A stretch of DNA of 64,000 bases from Camelus dromedarius (GCF_036321535.1 NC_087448.1:60512001-60576000); one strand, 5' to 3'; positions 13,429 to 27,072 are shown, counted from the first letter of the stretch. Notes: generated by a model not told the origin, from the letters alone. Numbers and translations: made by a program.

Positions 13429-16379
13429 AGATGTTGAGGATTATTTTAAGATGGACATTTGAGAGGGATTTTTACAAATCATCCTCACTCCTAGTAGTGC
13501 ACCTAAACACAGGGGACAATAGTGAGATGTCTTTGGTGGTACCAGGCAAATGGACATTCATTCTTCTACAGATTTGCGTTTTTCAGGGGAACAAAGTAGG
13601 AAGGAGGAAGAGTGGAAGGTCACTTGTGTTTTCCACAATTACAGGCTGGAGTTATGGAAATAAATTTTTAAAAACCTTTTTTTTTTTTTTTTTGAGTAAG
13701 CCCCCTGTACATTATTTGTGTGTTGACGTATGAGAGGTTCTGAATGAAAAATAGGGAAAGTTTTGAAAAAACAGGTTTCTGTCCTCTCTGTGGCCTGGCT
13801 GTGATACATTGTTCCTACTCTGCCACCCAATCACATTCCCCAGATTTGGGCTGAACTGTGTTTACTGAGAAACACACACATTTATTGAGGGCAGGAGGTG
13901 AGGAAGCTGAATGTGTTTAGTTCCTAAACACTCATCAGATTTAAAAATGACATCCAGTCCAAGGTGTCCTGGGGTGACTTTCTAACAGTGAAAAGGTAGA
14001 AATATACCTCCTTTCCTGTAAAACCAATTTCAAAACATCTATTTAAAAAAGGGAAATATCCCTTTTCTGAATTTGAGCTAAGTTATTCTACATGGATGTC
14101 ATCTGATATTTAGAATAATACAGTTTTCTGAAGGACACACCGGGAACATTTTTAAAAAGTGGTTTATTGCTTACAAAAATGCTGGCACAGTTGTAAAATT
14201 CTTAAAGTTTTAAGGATATTTGGTGTTTTGATGGGCAAAGTGTTTAAAAGATAAAGCATCCCCCAAACTAATTTGATTTGTTCTGCAGTTTGCTAACAAT
14301 GCTGTTCTTTTGTGCCCAACGGAAATGTTTAGATAAGATGGCCAGAATGCATTTTTGGAGTTCTATTTTAGAAGTAGCAATGTAAGGTGAGATCTCTTAA
14401 TTCTACTAAGGAATCTAGATTGTTTCTGACTATTAGATATACTTTAAAAGTAAAATTTGTGAAGTTTAACATTTCATTCTAGAAGCCTCAACATAGAGAA
14501 CTTGGTAAATGTTTCCTGAATGAAAGGGTATTTATTCCTGAAAAAGCTGTACGTAAATCAGATTTTTGTCATTTGAATCATACTTTTACATTCATTATGA
14601 TTCATTTTGTAAGATAAATAATCTCTCCCAAATTTATATTTTTGGTAAACCCAGATTTTCATAGGTCAGAATTGCTGAGAGTAAGGGCACCTTTAAGATG
14701 CTTTCAGTCCTGTAAGATCTGGTTTATTCTCTTTGAGGTTGCTAAGATACAGAAAGTTTGTTTTTTCTTTTAAAGGGCAACAGTTATTCACCAGTTTATA
14801 AACAATCCAGTAAAAATAAATTTCTGAGGACCTTCAATTTGTAATTGATAAATCACTCATGCTGAAATAGTTGACCTTGATTCTATTTTCCTTAAGAATG
14901 TGGGATGTTGTATAAACACATTAAAAGTCACAAATATATAAGAGGGAGGAAAGAAAGAATTGCACTGTTGGTAATTGATGATATACAATTTTGCATACAT
15001 GAAATTTGAATCAAAGCATTCTAATACAAATAAAGAACTGGGTCTAAATTAAGAATAGGCTGTAAGTAACACATAGTCTATTTTGTTGCAGCTCGATTTG
15101 GGTCCTACTGTGAGTTAAAGACCTATTTCCTTCCTGTTACCTTGTTTCTCTGCTGGGTTCTGGTGCTGTAATTCAAGTTTTAAGACAAGTTAAGAGATCC
15201 TGATGAAGTTTGTCTCTTTGTAAGATGTTCCCTTCCTGTTGTCCATCTGGGAGTGCAAGACTTAACCTGGGAGTAAAAAAAAACATGGTACCACATTTTA
15301 CGGTAAATAGCAGACCACCTTCCGAACAGATGCTGGAACTCCAGTCTTCTTGTAGTTTTAACAAGAGCTGAATCAAGATCTGTAGGTAACACAGAGAGAG
15401 TAATCACATGGTACTGCTTCAAAATATGTGGAGGAAATGTGGGGGGAAAACAACCTACATTAATAAAAGGTTCATACAGAGAGAAATTCAGGTATAAAGC
15501 TGAATCAATGCTTGGAAAAACAATGGGCAAAATATTTCCCAGTTTCTTGCAGTTCTTTTCTCAGTTTTCTATTGGGATATTTCAGATACTGGAGGTGTTT
15601 TTCAGTTGATACAAAAGTCAGAAAGTACAGAAGTAACGTGTCTTCCACCCTTCTTCTCTCCAGCCACCGTGTTCTTTCCAGAAGCATCTAATGTTGTCAG
15701 TTTCTTGTGGATCCTTTGAGTACTGAAAGTACTTATCTCCAGTTTCTTCCTCTAAACTATTATATTAAAGGGTTCAGAAAGCAATCAAGTTAATCACTCC
15801 TTTCTTTAAGGAACACGAATTCTGTGTATTAGCACTCCAGATTGCCCTTTGACTTCCTGATTTCCAAGTGCTGAGTGGCATGATCATCACAAACACACAC
15901 ACAAATTTAGAAGCATTATTTTTTTTCCCACTCGAAGGCATTGCCTACATTAGCAGGAATGTGACCAACTTATATTTTGAGAGTGTGTCGTGATATTTTT
16001 GCAAGACCTACAGATAAGTGCCCAAGAACCTGCTTGGCTGTCCGGCTTCTTTATCCAGCTCCGGTCACCCTCTTGTATCATGAAGGGCAAAAGAGCTCAG
16101 TGCTAAAGGGCCCAGGTTTCAGTCTGAGCAATGAGCAATGCTTCTTTTCTAAGAATAGATCTATTTTTTCTGAAGCCCTCGAAGTGGGACCCTGCAGTGG
16201 CTTTCTTGTCTGCCACCTGGCAGACCGGCCCCTGTAGGAGCTTGTCTGTGGTGTTCTATCCACATTTCAGAACACACCCTCTCTTCCCATTCTCTCCCCA
16301 CTTCCCACCTTTTTCTCACTCCAGGTCTCTCATCCCTCCTCCCAGTCTTACTGGGGCTTCATCCAGACGTTGACCTTTC

Positions 16380-17920
16380 CGAGGGAATGCTCCCTTGCGT
16401 CCAGTGACCTGATGGGCAAACCTACCCGAATCTGCCCCATGCTCCCCTCTCCCCTTCCGTGGACCCACTTTCTCTGTCTTTTGCAACGTGAATCTCTCTC
16501 TTTTTAAACTAGTTAATTCTTCTCATTCTGTAAGATGCTCTCTAGCAGACCCATCTGAAAAACACAGAACACTTTGCTGATTTCCACCTTCCCCAACAGC
16601 TACCGCCCCCCTTAGATCTGCTATGGTCTCTCATCTGCATGGTGGTGTCTTCCCGCTGGGCTCCCTGCTTCCTCTCCCATCCAATTCATTCTCCACATAA
16701 GCAGCCAGTGTGACCATTTGAAGATACATCAGACCATTTAACTTCTCTGGTTTTTAAAAACCCTCAGAGGCTCCCCCTTTGCACTTAAAATAAAATTCGC
16801 TTTCCATACATTGCCTTCAAAGTCCAGCACAAGCTGCCTCCAGCCCCACCTTCACGGCTCACCTCCTTGGCCACACAGGCTTTCTGTCAGTGATCCAGAC
16901 ACACCAAATTCTCCCACCCCTATGCCACCCTTTCAGAATTTCTGCCTGAAATTCTTATTCCACAGCTTCTGAAGAAGCTGGCACTTTCTCTTCTTCTCTG
17001 TTTATGATCGAACTAAACCTGGGTCTTCTCACCCAATGCTCATCAAAGCCAATCTACGAACACCAGGTTGTGGTGAAGGAAAGCACAGTATTTATTGCAT
17101 GGCCAAGCAAAGAGAATGGCGGCAGCGCAATCTCAAAAGACCCGAACTCCCTGATTGCTTTAATGGAAAGGGTTTTTAAAGGCAAAGTGAGGGAGAGGGT
17201 TGTGGGGAACATGATCAGCTCATGAACAATTCTCTGATTGGTGGATGGTGAGGTAGCAGGGTGGTATTTTGGGAATCTCAGTCATCAACCTTCTGGTTTC
17301 AGCCGGTCTGGGGTCTCCATGCTAGTGGTCAGCATGCAGTTAACTTCTTCCACCTGATGGGGGTTTTAGTGTCTGCAAAACAATGCAAGGACATGGCTCA
17401 GATTTTATCCATAGCCGTTGAGGAGGGACTAAAAGTCCTTGACTTTGTTTTATGGCTAAACTGTTATGATTTTGTCTTGCTTGACTGCTGTCCTGTGTTT
17501 CTGCCTTTTCTCACTTCTCTGATTAAATTTTCCTTCTTTGCAACTTGGGGAAGGCCTAGGAAGCTAAAGCTTTTCTAAAAACAATAGGTGGGGGACATGG
17601 GGGCAGGGTGGGGGGGGGGTGGTCCATCCCCTGGAAGGCCTTACAGGGTCCTGCTCTGTTCCAAGTTTAATTGTTACCTCCTCGATGAGGTCTTCCCTGG
17701 GAGGTCCAAGGACATCCCTGGCCCCTGCTTTTATCCATTGCAACACCACACTTGTTTCCTGTACTTCCTTGTACTTCCCGGTTTGTTAATATTTACTTGT
17801 TTAATATCCAAACAAGAGGTAGGGGCAAGGACCACGTCTGCTTTGCTCAGCACTAGGCAGTGCCTGGCACAGGTGAACATTCACAGTAGGTGTAGTTATT
17901 GAAATGTATGAAATATGAAT
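16380..17920 (+). mobile_element. L2 fragment split by the LTR at 17005-17664
   Basis: L2-type phrases (gatacatcagaccatttaacttctctg; ccttcaaagtccagcacaagctg; ttacctcctcgatgaggtcttccctg; gcagtgcctggcacagg) lie on both sides of the LTR. Confidence 0.65.
17005..17664. mobile_element. Solo endogenous retroviral LTR
   Basis: About 660 bp, begins TG and ends near CA. Contains aaagccaatctacgaacaccaggttgtggtgaaggaaagcacagtatttattgc, which I recognise as ERV LTR-like. GTTTA lies on both sides (17000-17004 and 17665-17669). Family not assigned. Confidence 0.7.
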
Positions 17921-18224
17921 ACTGGTGAACAAATGAGGCTTGGCTCTGGTTTCTCCTTTAGATACAGAGCCTGTTCCTTTGGGACAGAAGCCAGCGCTCT
18001 GGTTGTACTCCATGCCACTTTAGAATCACACCTTGGAGACTGAAGAGGACTCAGAGGGCTTCTAGCTTGCCTTCCTCCCATGCACGCCCCTTCCCCAATC
18101 AGCCAGCTCAGACCCAGCTCAGACCCGGCCTTGGGTCCCAGTGCTCTGTTGCTCCCAGGCTGAGTGTGGTGGGGGAGACACCCATTGTAGCTTTCCTCCC
18201 ATCTCCTTTGGGAGCCAGATTATG

Positions 18225-18440
18225 GTACAGTTGCTAAGGGTGTGGGTCTGGAGCTGGATTGTGGGGTCTGCATGCTAGCACTGCTCCTTACTAGTTGTGT
18301 GATCTTGGACAAATTACTTCATTTCAATGTGCCTCAGTTTTCTCGTAGATAAAGTAGGGTTAATAACCACCCACAGCTGAGCTGTGATTCAGAGAGTAAG
18401 TGCATGTGAAACACTTGCCATGACAATATTTAGGACATGT
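18225..18440 (+). mobile_element. MIR
   Basis: ctagttgtgtgatcttggacaaattacttcatttcaatgtgcctcagttttctc (MIR core). Confidence 0.8.
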
Positions 18441-18499
18441 TAACATTATCCTTTCTTACCTCTACTTTGTTTTCATTATCTCCACTAACTTTAGTCTTT

Positions 18500-21400
18500 A
18501 AAAAAATTTTATTGTAGTGAAATACAAATACGTAAAATTTACTGTCTCATCCATTTTCAAGTGTGCAGTTTGGTGGTATTAAATACAGCCATAACCACCA
18601 TCCTTCTGCAGAACTCTTTTCATCTTACAAAACTAAAATTTTATACACACTAAACAACCTGCCATCCCTCCCCTGCCAACCCTTGGCAACAAGCATTCTA
18701 GTTTCTGTCTCTAAGGATTTAACTGCTCCACGTACCTCAAATAAGTGGAATCACACAGTATCTATCCTTTTATGTCTGGCTTACTTTGCATAATGTCTTC
18801 AAGGTTTATTCGTATTGTAGCATGTCTCAGAATTTCCTTCCATTTTAAGTCTGAGTAATACCCCGTTGTATGTATGCATCACTTTTGTTTATCTGTTCAT
18901 CTGTCAGTATGTATTTGGCTTGTTTCTACTTTTTGGCTATTGTAAATAATGCTACTATGAATATGGGTGTAGAAGTATCTGTCCGAGTCTCTGCTTTTAG
19001 ATTTTTTGACTATATACCCGGAATTGGAATTGCTGGATCATATGGTAATTCTACATTTAATTTTTTGAGAAACCATCATATTGTTGGCTCCAGCAGCTAT
19101 ATCAGTTTACATTCCCACCAATGGTACACAAGGCTTCCAATTTGTTTGCTAACATCTATTATCTTCTGAGCTTTGGGGTTTTTTGGGTTTTTTGGGGTTT
19201 TTTTGATAGTAGTAGCCATTCTGATGGTTGTGGGCGTATCTCATTGTAGTTATGATTTGCATTTCCCTAATGATCGGTGATGTTGAGCATCTTTTCATGT
19301 GCTTATTGGCCATTTGTATACCTTCTGTTAAGGTCCTTCAGACATTTTTTATTCAAGTTATTTGAATTTTTATGGTTGNNNNNNNNNNNNNNNNNNNNNN
19401 NNNNNNNNNNNNNNNNNNNNNNNNNNNNNNNNNNNNNNNNNNNNNNNNNNNNNNNNNNNNNNNNNNNNNNNNNNNNNNNNNNNNNNNNNNNNNNNNNNNN
19501 NNNNNNNNNNNNNNNCATGAAGTCCAGTCTGTGTATTTTTTCTTTTGTTGCCTGTACCTTCGGCGTCATGTCTAAGAAATCATTGCCAAATGCATTGCCA
19601 TGAAGCTTTTCCCCAATGTTTTCTTCTAAATTTTTATAATTGTAGGTCTATTTAAATCTTTGATCCATTTTGGGTTCATTTTTTATATGGTGTTAGTAAG
19701 AGTTCAACTTCATTCTTTTGCACATGGATATCCAATTTTCCCAGCATCATTTGTTGAAAAGATTGTCCTTTCCCCATTGAATGGCTTTGACACCCTTGTC
19801 AAAAGTCACTGGACTGTGTATGCAAGGGTTTATTTCTGGACTGTCTGTCCTATTCCACTGGTCTGTATGTCTGTCTTTCTGACATTACCACAGTTTTGAT
19901 TCCAGTAGCTTTGTAGTAAATTTGAAATCAGGAAATGTGAGTCTTCTGGCTTTGTTCTTCTCTTTCAAGATTGTTTTGGCTATTCAGGGTCCCTTAAGAT
20001 TCCATATGAGTTTTAAAATGAGTTTTTCTATTTCTGCAAAAAAGCTTTATTGGGATCACTTNNNNNNNNNNNNNNNNNNNNNNNNNNNNNNNNNNNNNNN
20101 NNNNNNNNNNNNNNNNNNNNNNNNNNNNNNNNNNNNNNNNNNNNNNNNNNNNNNNNNNNNNNNNNNNNNNNNNNNNNNNNNNNNNNNNNNNNNNNNNNNN
20201 NNNNNNNNNNNNNNNNNNNNNNNNNNNNNNNNNNNNNNNNNNNNNNNNNNNNNNNNNNTTCTTTTTCAGGTTGTTCATTTTTAGTGTATAGAAATGCAAC
20301 CGATTTTTGCGTGTTGATTTTGTATCCTTCTTCTTGGCTGAATTTAGTTGTTAGTTCTAACAGGTTTTGTGTGTGTGGAATCATTAGGGTTTTCTATATA
20401 CAAGATTGTATCATTTGTGAACAGAGATAATTTTACTTCTTCCTTTCCAATTTGGATGCCTTTTATTCTCTTTCTTGCCTCATTGTTTAAGATAGGATTT
20501 CCGGTATTATGTTGAAAAGAAGTGACGAAAGTGGGCATCCTTGCCTTGTCTCTCATCTTAGAGGAAAAGCTTTCAGTCTTTCAGCATTGAGTATGGTGTT
20601 TGCTGTGGGTTTTTCATATCATGGCTTTTTATGATGTTGAGATAATTTACTTCTATTCCTAGTTTACTCAGTGATTTTTCATGAAAAGATGTTGAATGTT
20701 TTCAANNNNNNNNNNNNNNNNNNNNNNNNNNNNNNNNNNNNNNNNNNNNNNNNNNNNNNNNNNNNNNNNNNNNNNNNNNNNNNNNNNNNNNNNNNNNNNN
20801 NNNNNNNNNNNNNNNNNNNNNNNNNNNNNNNNNNNNNNNNNNNNNNNNNNNNNAGTGTACTGCTGTTTATAATTGTTATTTTTTGCTGTATTAAGCCTTC
20901 ATTAGTATGTAATGTCCTTCTTTATCTGTTGCAATATTTTTTAATTTAAAGTTTGTTTTGTTTGATATTAGTATAGTCACCTCCTGCTCTCTTTTGATTT
21001 GCACTGGATATATTTTTCCACTCTTTCATTTTCAATCTACCGTGTCTTTGAATCTAAAGTCAGTCTCTTGTCAACAAAATATAGTTGAATCTAATGCTTT
21101 TATCTATTTGTCAATCTTTGAGGGTTTAATCCATCAATTACATAAGGTGATTAATGATAAGGAGGGGCTTCTTCTAGTTGGCTATTTGTTTTATATATGC
21201 CTGGTAGCTTTTTTGTCCCTCATTTCCTGAATTACTACCTTCTTTTGTGTTAAGTGAAATATTTAAATTTCTTTCTCATTTCGNNNNNNNNNNNNNNNNN
21301 NNNNNNNNNNNNNNNNNNNNNNNNNNNNNNNNNNNNNNNNNNNNNNNNNNNNNNNNNNNNNNNNNNNNNNNNNNNNNNNNNNNNNNNNNNNNNNNNNNNN

Positions 21401-23330
21401 NNNNNNNNNNNNNNNNNGCTTTGTTTCCATCCCTTTGGGTTGATGATGCCCCAAAAGTACATCTTTATACATTGTGGACCTCAAAACATCAATTAATAAT
21501 TATTTTAAATGCATGGAGTTACAAACCAAAATTACAATAGTATTAGCTTTTAGGCTAATAATTAAAACACATTATTCTCTTAAATCACATAGAAAACCAA
21601 AAGTGGAGTTGCAAACCTGTGTTACAGTAATATTAGCTTTCATGATTGCCCCTGTATTTACCCCTTACTGAGATCTTTATTTCTTCAGATGGCTTCCGGT
21701 TACTGTCTTGTGTCCTTTCATTTCACCCTGCAGGACTCCCTTGAGCGTTTCTTCCAGGGCAGGTCTAGTGGTAATGAACTCCCTCAGCTTTTGCTTATCT
21801 GAGAAAGTGTTGCTTTCTCCCATACTCTTTGGACAGTTTTGCCAGATAAAGGATTCTTGGTTGCCTTTTTTTTTTCTTATTTCGAGCACTTTGAGTTAGG
21901 CCAACTTTCTAATGGCCTTGGAAACTTTTCTGATGAGAAGTCTGATAATCTTATTGAGGATCCCTTACGTGTGATGCATTTCTTTTCTCTTGCTACCTTC
22001 AGGATTCTCTCTTTATCTTTGGCTTTTGAAAGTTTGATTGTAATGTGTCTTTGTGTGGGTCTCTTTGAGTTCTCTTTCTTGGAGTTTGTTGAACTTCTTA
22101 GCTGTTTATACTCATGTATTACATCACATTTGGGGAATTATCAAGCATTATTTCATCAAATATTCTCCTTCCCTTTCTCTCTCTCTTCTTTTTCTGGGAT
22201 TTCCACAACACATATATTAGTCTCTGTTCTCTTTCCTTTGATCTTTTTTTCTTTCTGTTCCTCTGCTTGGTAATTTCCACTGTCCTATATTCAAGTTCAC
22301 TGATACTTCTGCCAGCTCAACTCTGCCTTATTTCATTTACTGTACTTTTCAGCCTCAGAACGTTTTTGTTTCCTTTTAGATTTTGTCTTCTTATTGATAT
22401 TTCCATTTCCTTCCTACACAATCTCCTTGAATTTCCCTACATCTTCCTTTAGTTCTTTGAGCATCTTTAAGATGGTTGTTTTGACATCTTTGTCTAGTAG
22501 CACTGCCGTTAGGTTTTTTTCAGGCACGGTTCCTGTTGATTTCATTTGGGATAGCCATACTTTCTTGTGTTGCTTGTATGGCTATGATTGCTGTTATTGA
22601 AACCTGAACTTTTGAATCTAGTAATGTGGTTAACTCTGGAAATTTCCCTTTGCCAGAGTTTGCTGGGTTTTGTTATTATCTTTCTTTTGCTGTTTTTGGT
22701 TTTTTGATTATTGTAGGCTATGTCTGTGCCAAGGATCAGCCTGGGGTGTTAACTATAGGTCTTCTCTGGTCTCTTCTGAGCCTGCACCTTTGCCTAGGCA
22801 CGCAAGTCACTTTGTAATTTTCCCCGTATATGCAGTTGCTTTTTATGTCCTAATCATTAATGTCTGACTCTCAAAAGGAGAAAAAGAGAAAAATAAAAAG
22901 GAGGATGAGGTGGAGAAAGGGTGTCAACCTTTTAAATGCCCCACTTCAGCTGGAGGGGGAGGGCTTGCAACAGTTTAGGGGGGTGCAAATCAGTAGCTGC
23001 CGCCCAGTTTGCAGTTCTGTGATCAGAATCAGCAATCAGGACCAGAGCCCAGATCCGCAAAGTCTGGAGGACAGGGTCCTTTTTGCCTGCCTTGGCTCCC
23101 TGTGGAAGCTGTGCTGCTGCCAAGGGGTGTGGACTAGGCAACGGCTCCTTGTGCCAAGACCTGAAATTGACCCAAATTAGTCACAATTTACCATCCAAGC
23201 CTTCCCCTGAAGTTCCTAGCCTCCGTTTGACTCCAGAGTTCCACAGTAATCACATTAGACCGATTCTGCTAGTGTAGTAGTTGTCTAGAAGGGAAGGCAG
23301 ATTTCTGGTGCTTCATACTCTGCCATCTTC
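18500..23330 (-). mobile_element. Large old L1 (3'UTR, part of ORF2, ORF1, 5' region), antisense in SMAD9 intron 1
   Basis: Minus frames [25 protein letters not shown] and [36 protein letters not shown] (ORF2 RT region), and DKQKLREFITTRPALEETLKGVLQ (ORF1 C-terminus). L1MB-like 3'UTR at about 18500-19300. Contains four N gaps. Confidence 0.92.
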
Positions 23331-24769
23331 TTAGGATTTGTTTCCTCTAATCCTCTGAAAGGCCCTGCCCAGCACCCAGTTTAGTCAGAACAGCCCACCG
23401 TTCTCCTCAGTCTCTTCAGCTTGTGCCCTTCTCTCTCTGACTGTCTCCTTTTCCTCTGTCTTCTAATTCAGTGGTTTGTTTTTCATTTGTTCGTTTGTTT
23501 TTTTTACCTTTTGATAATCCCAGGTTCTTTTAGGAATTTGAAGAAAAACACCTATGGACTGTCTGCCTGGAAAAATCCATGTCTGCAGAATCACCCGACA
23601 TGAGCAGACAATTCAGAGATCCATAGTGCCCTGAAACCCCACCATGGGAGCCCCTGTTATAAAGATGCATGTCTGTCATCTTTCCTTGACACTGACAGGC
23701 CAGGTGAAGTGAGGACAGATTTGAGTTAATTAAATATACATCTGTGTATTTCTCTGTGTGGGTCTGTGTGTGTGTTTGAAGCCTGGTTTCTCTTCAAGTG
23801 TTTATAGTAATAAGATGTGATATATATACATATATGCCAGTCGTGATGACAGTCATTTTGTAAACGGACAGTCCTTTAGGTCTGTTTTACACTATAAAGC
23901 ATTTATTGCCGTATTAATTACTGGTATACAAAAAGTAAGGTAAAAGTAAGAAGCAGTCAGTCCCTTTAAGGGGGTTAAATGTTCCTTTAGCAAGTGTGTT
24001 CAGATTCTAAATTTTGGTAATGATCTGTTTTATGGAGGGGATACCAGGATATACTTAACGATGGCCATGAATTAGAGGGTCAACACTGATAAGGTTGAAA
24101 AATTTAAAAACAAAACAAATAATGAAATACCAGTGTTCTGTTATGAATGTTTCTGGAGTGGGCCCTTGCAGAATTGACAAATGCTACCTGATCCTCGCGC
24201 TGAACAGGGTGTACAGCCTGATAGGTGATGCAGACTTTCCTTGGCCACATTGACCGAGAAGCAGTGCCCACGAAGGATCGTTCAACGGTTCCATGTCCAG
24301 AGCAGACAACCAAGATATCCATCTTAAACAGTATTTTTTAATTTTATTTTATTTAGGGTTGAATTCACCAATTGACTCTTCCAGTGAAGCCAAGTAAGTG
24401 GAAATAATCTTGAGTAACTGCTAACAGGAGTTGAATTTAAACTGACAACTTAAGAATAAAAGAATCAGATCTCCCAAACTTTCATGCAGCCTGGCAGATT
24501 GGATTTTCGTGTGGAATTGTGTACAGTTAAATCATGCTATGTGCTTGTAGTCAGTGCTGCTTTCTTTTAAGTGGTCCTGTTTATTTAAACAACTTGAAAA
24601 TGAGAAGTTGTTTTGCTCACTCGGTCGGGGTTTATTGTAAAACTCGGATGCCAGAGAAATAAAGTGCAGTATTGTTTTTGTGCTGTGAGTGCATGAACTG
24701 GGGAAGGCCTGGTCATGGTGCTTTTTCCCTTCCGCCCAGACAAGGAAAGCTCTGATGGTCAACAGGTGG

Positions 24770-24840
24770 CATTGGTGGATGTCTGGCGTTGACATGGGTG
24801 AATGTCTGGCGTTGACATTGGTGGATGTTTGGCGTTATGA
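24770..24840. repeat. 23-bp tandem repeat, 3 copies
   Basis: cattggtggatgtctggcgttga / catgggtgaatgtctggcgttga / cattggtggatgtttggcgttatga. Confidence 0.9.
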
Positions 24841-25714
24841 CGGCCTTGATGATGTTGCTATAAAAGGTGGCAAACACAGTAATGCCATGTGTACATTTTC
24901 GGTCTTATTTCTTAGCTGTGATAAAAATAATAATAATAATAATGCCAGAAAGAAACCAAAAAAAGCTGGAGAGAAAAGTGGGCACTGTGTTTTGTCAGTA
25001 GATGGCATTTGTCATAAAAAGAGTCAGTTTGACAACCGTGGGAAGACGTTGTTTTGCCCAGCTCTGTGCAGTCTGGCTTCATGGCTGCAGGCTGGCCCCC
25101 AGAGCACCCAGGGGCAGCGGCCTCGCATCCCCTGCTGTGGGAGTCACACGATCCGCGTGGCACAGGCAGCCAGCAGCCCTGGAGTCAGGGGCCCATCACC
25201 CAGACAGACCCTTCCAGCGAGGCTGAGCCCCATCTGGATCGGCAGACGAGGAAACGAGGGGCCCCGGAGGGACTACAGGACTTGCTGAAGATCAGGCTCA
25301 GGTGGCTGATTAGGACACGATTTTCTTACAAAAGTGAGAATTTAACCATAGAAAAAGTATTAGGAAAGTATCCTAATCTACTAGTTTAGCTTATCTTTTA
25401 GCTGTGACTTAAATGCTTCTAAATGCAGCTTAGAATCCTTCTAAGATCATCTTCGGAATCCTCCCAGAGCCCCCACGCCCCCCGCCCCTGGGTTGGGCCA
25501 AGGCCTCTTCCTCCTCCATCATCTCCTGCCTCTCTCTTCCTGTAGCTCTGGTTATATTTTGTACAAATTATCTGGTCATGTTTTTGTTTATAAATCCTCC
25601 TTGTACATTCATCTTTATGGTTTATTTTGTTTCATTCTTTTTTGTAGTTTATAGGAACAGAATAACTGTAAGCAACAGTCACACCCCCCCCATATTTGTG
25701 ATAGTTTAAAAAAA

Positions 25715-26150
25715 ATTTTTTTTATTGAAGTGTAGTTGATTTAGTGTTAGTTTTAGGAGTATGACAAAGTGATTCAGTTATACATTTTTTTTTCAGATTC
25801 TTTTCCATTATATGTTATTACATGAAATTGAATATAGTTCCGTGTGCTATACAGTAGGTCCTTGTTGTTTATCTGTTTTATATATAGGAACGTGTGTCTA
25901 TTAATCCTCAACCCCTAATTTATCCCTCCCCACCCTTTCCCCTTTGGTAACCATAGTTTGTTTTCTACATCTGTGAGTCTGTTTTTGGTTTGTAAATAGA
26001 ATTTGTATCATTTTCTTAGATCCCATATATGAGTGATGTCATATGATATCTGCCTTTCTCTTTCTGACTTACTTCACTTAGTACGATGACCTCTAGGTCC
26101 ATCTATGTTGCTGCAAATGGCATTATTTCATTCTTTTTCTATGGCTGAGT
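25715..26150 (-). mobile_element. L1 3' end (artiodactyl-type)
   Basis: tttttttattgaagtgtagttgattt...gattcagttatac...gtgctatacagtaggtccttgttgtttatc...gttgctgcaaatggcattatttcattc. Confidence 0.85.
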
Positions 26151-27047
26151 AGGGTGCTCTTTGTTAATTATTATGGTGAGTCTGGCCAGTGGTGTTTCCA
26201 GGATGTCGTGCTAAGTTAGAGCATATAGTCTATGGGAACCTAAATTGTCTGACGGTGGGAAACTGTTCTGAATCAGACTGACACTACTGAACAAGCTTGG
26301 GTGGGGTGGAGGGCCTGCACTGTTGTCAGTGTGATGACCACCTGGAGATAAACTAGGACCCTTTGTCTACTAGTGGCTAAAACATTATAGGAATGAGAAT
26401 GGAATAAACTTTATGAACTCTAAACCCCACCCCTAGACAAATAGGAACTAGTAAAATACACAAGAACCTGAAGCCTAAATGTCAGTGAGATTTCAAGTTT
26501 GATTCATTTTTTTTAACATTTCATTTTCCTATTAGAAAATATATCAAACAAGTGTAGAGAATCATACTTGAACATCTGTGGACTCACTACGAAGCTTCAT
26601 TAAACTTTAACTTTTTGATATTTCGTCTTTTTCCTTTCCTACCCAGAGGTCACTTACGAATTTGGCGTTTATTACTCAGAGGTTCTAAATTTGACTCTTT
26701 GGGGCCTCCTCCCATGCGAGGGCCTCTGCGTAATGGGGCAGGAGCTGTGTCTTGTAGCAGTAAAATCATAGTTTTGGAGCCACTGTGAGACTCATAAAGA
26801 TTTGAAATGTGGCAGCAAGATCAGACTGCAGAGCCAGGGTTCCCAGATCCCAGGTTCCTGACTAGCTGGGATTTCCCCAAGGCACGAGGAGGGACGGGGC
26901 CCCTGAAAGTCACTCATCAAGGTGAACCTCAAACAGACACCGCTGGAGGAAATGTATGGTTTAGGGGTAATGCTTTCAAACGTTTTGTGATTGTAACCTG
27001 CAATACCGAAGACATTTTGCATGATGACCCTTGACACGCACACATGT

Positions 27048-27072
27048 ACACACACACACACACACACACACA
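27048..27072. repeat. (CA)n microsatellite
   Basis: About 12 perfect AC units with degenerate flanks. Confidence 0.9.

Noticed and set aside
24689-25288. 199-aa plus-strand ORF
   Set aside because: It runs through the 23-bp tandem repeat and an (AAT)n tract, has no recognisable domain and lies in SMAD9 intron 1. Most likely a chance ORF.
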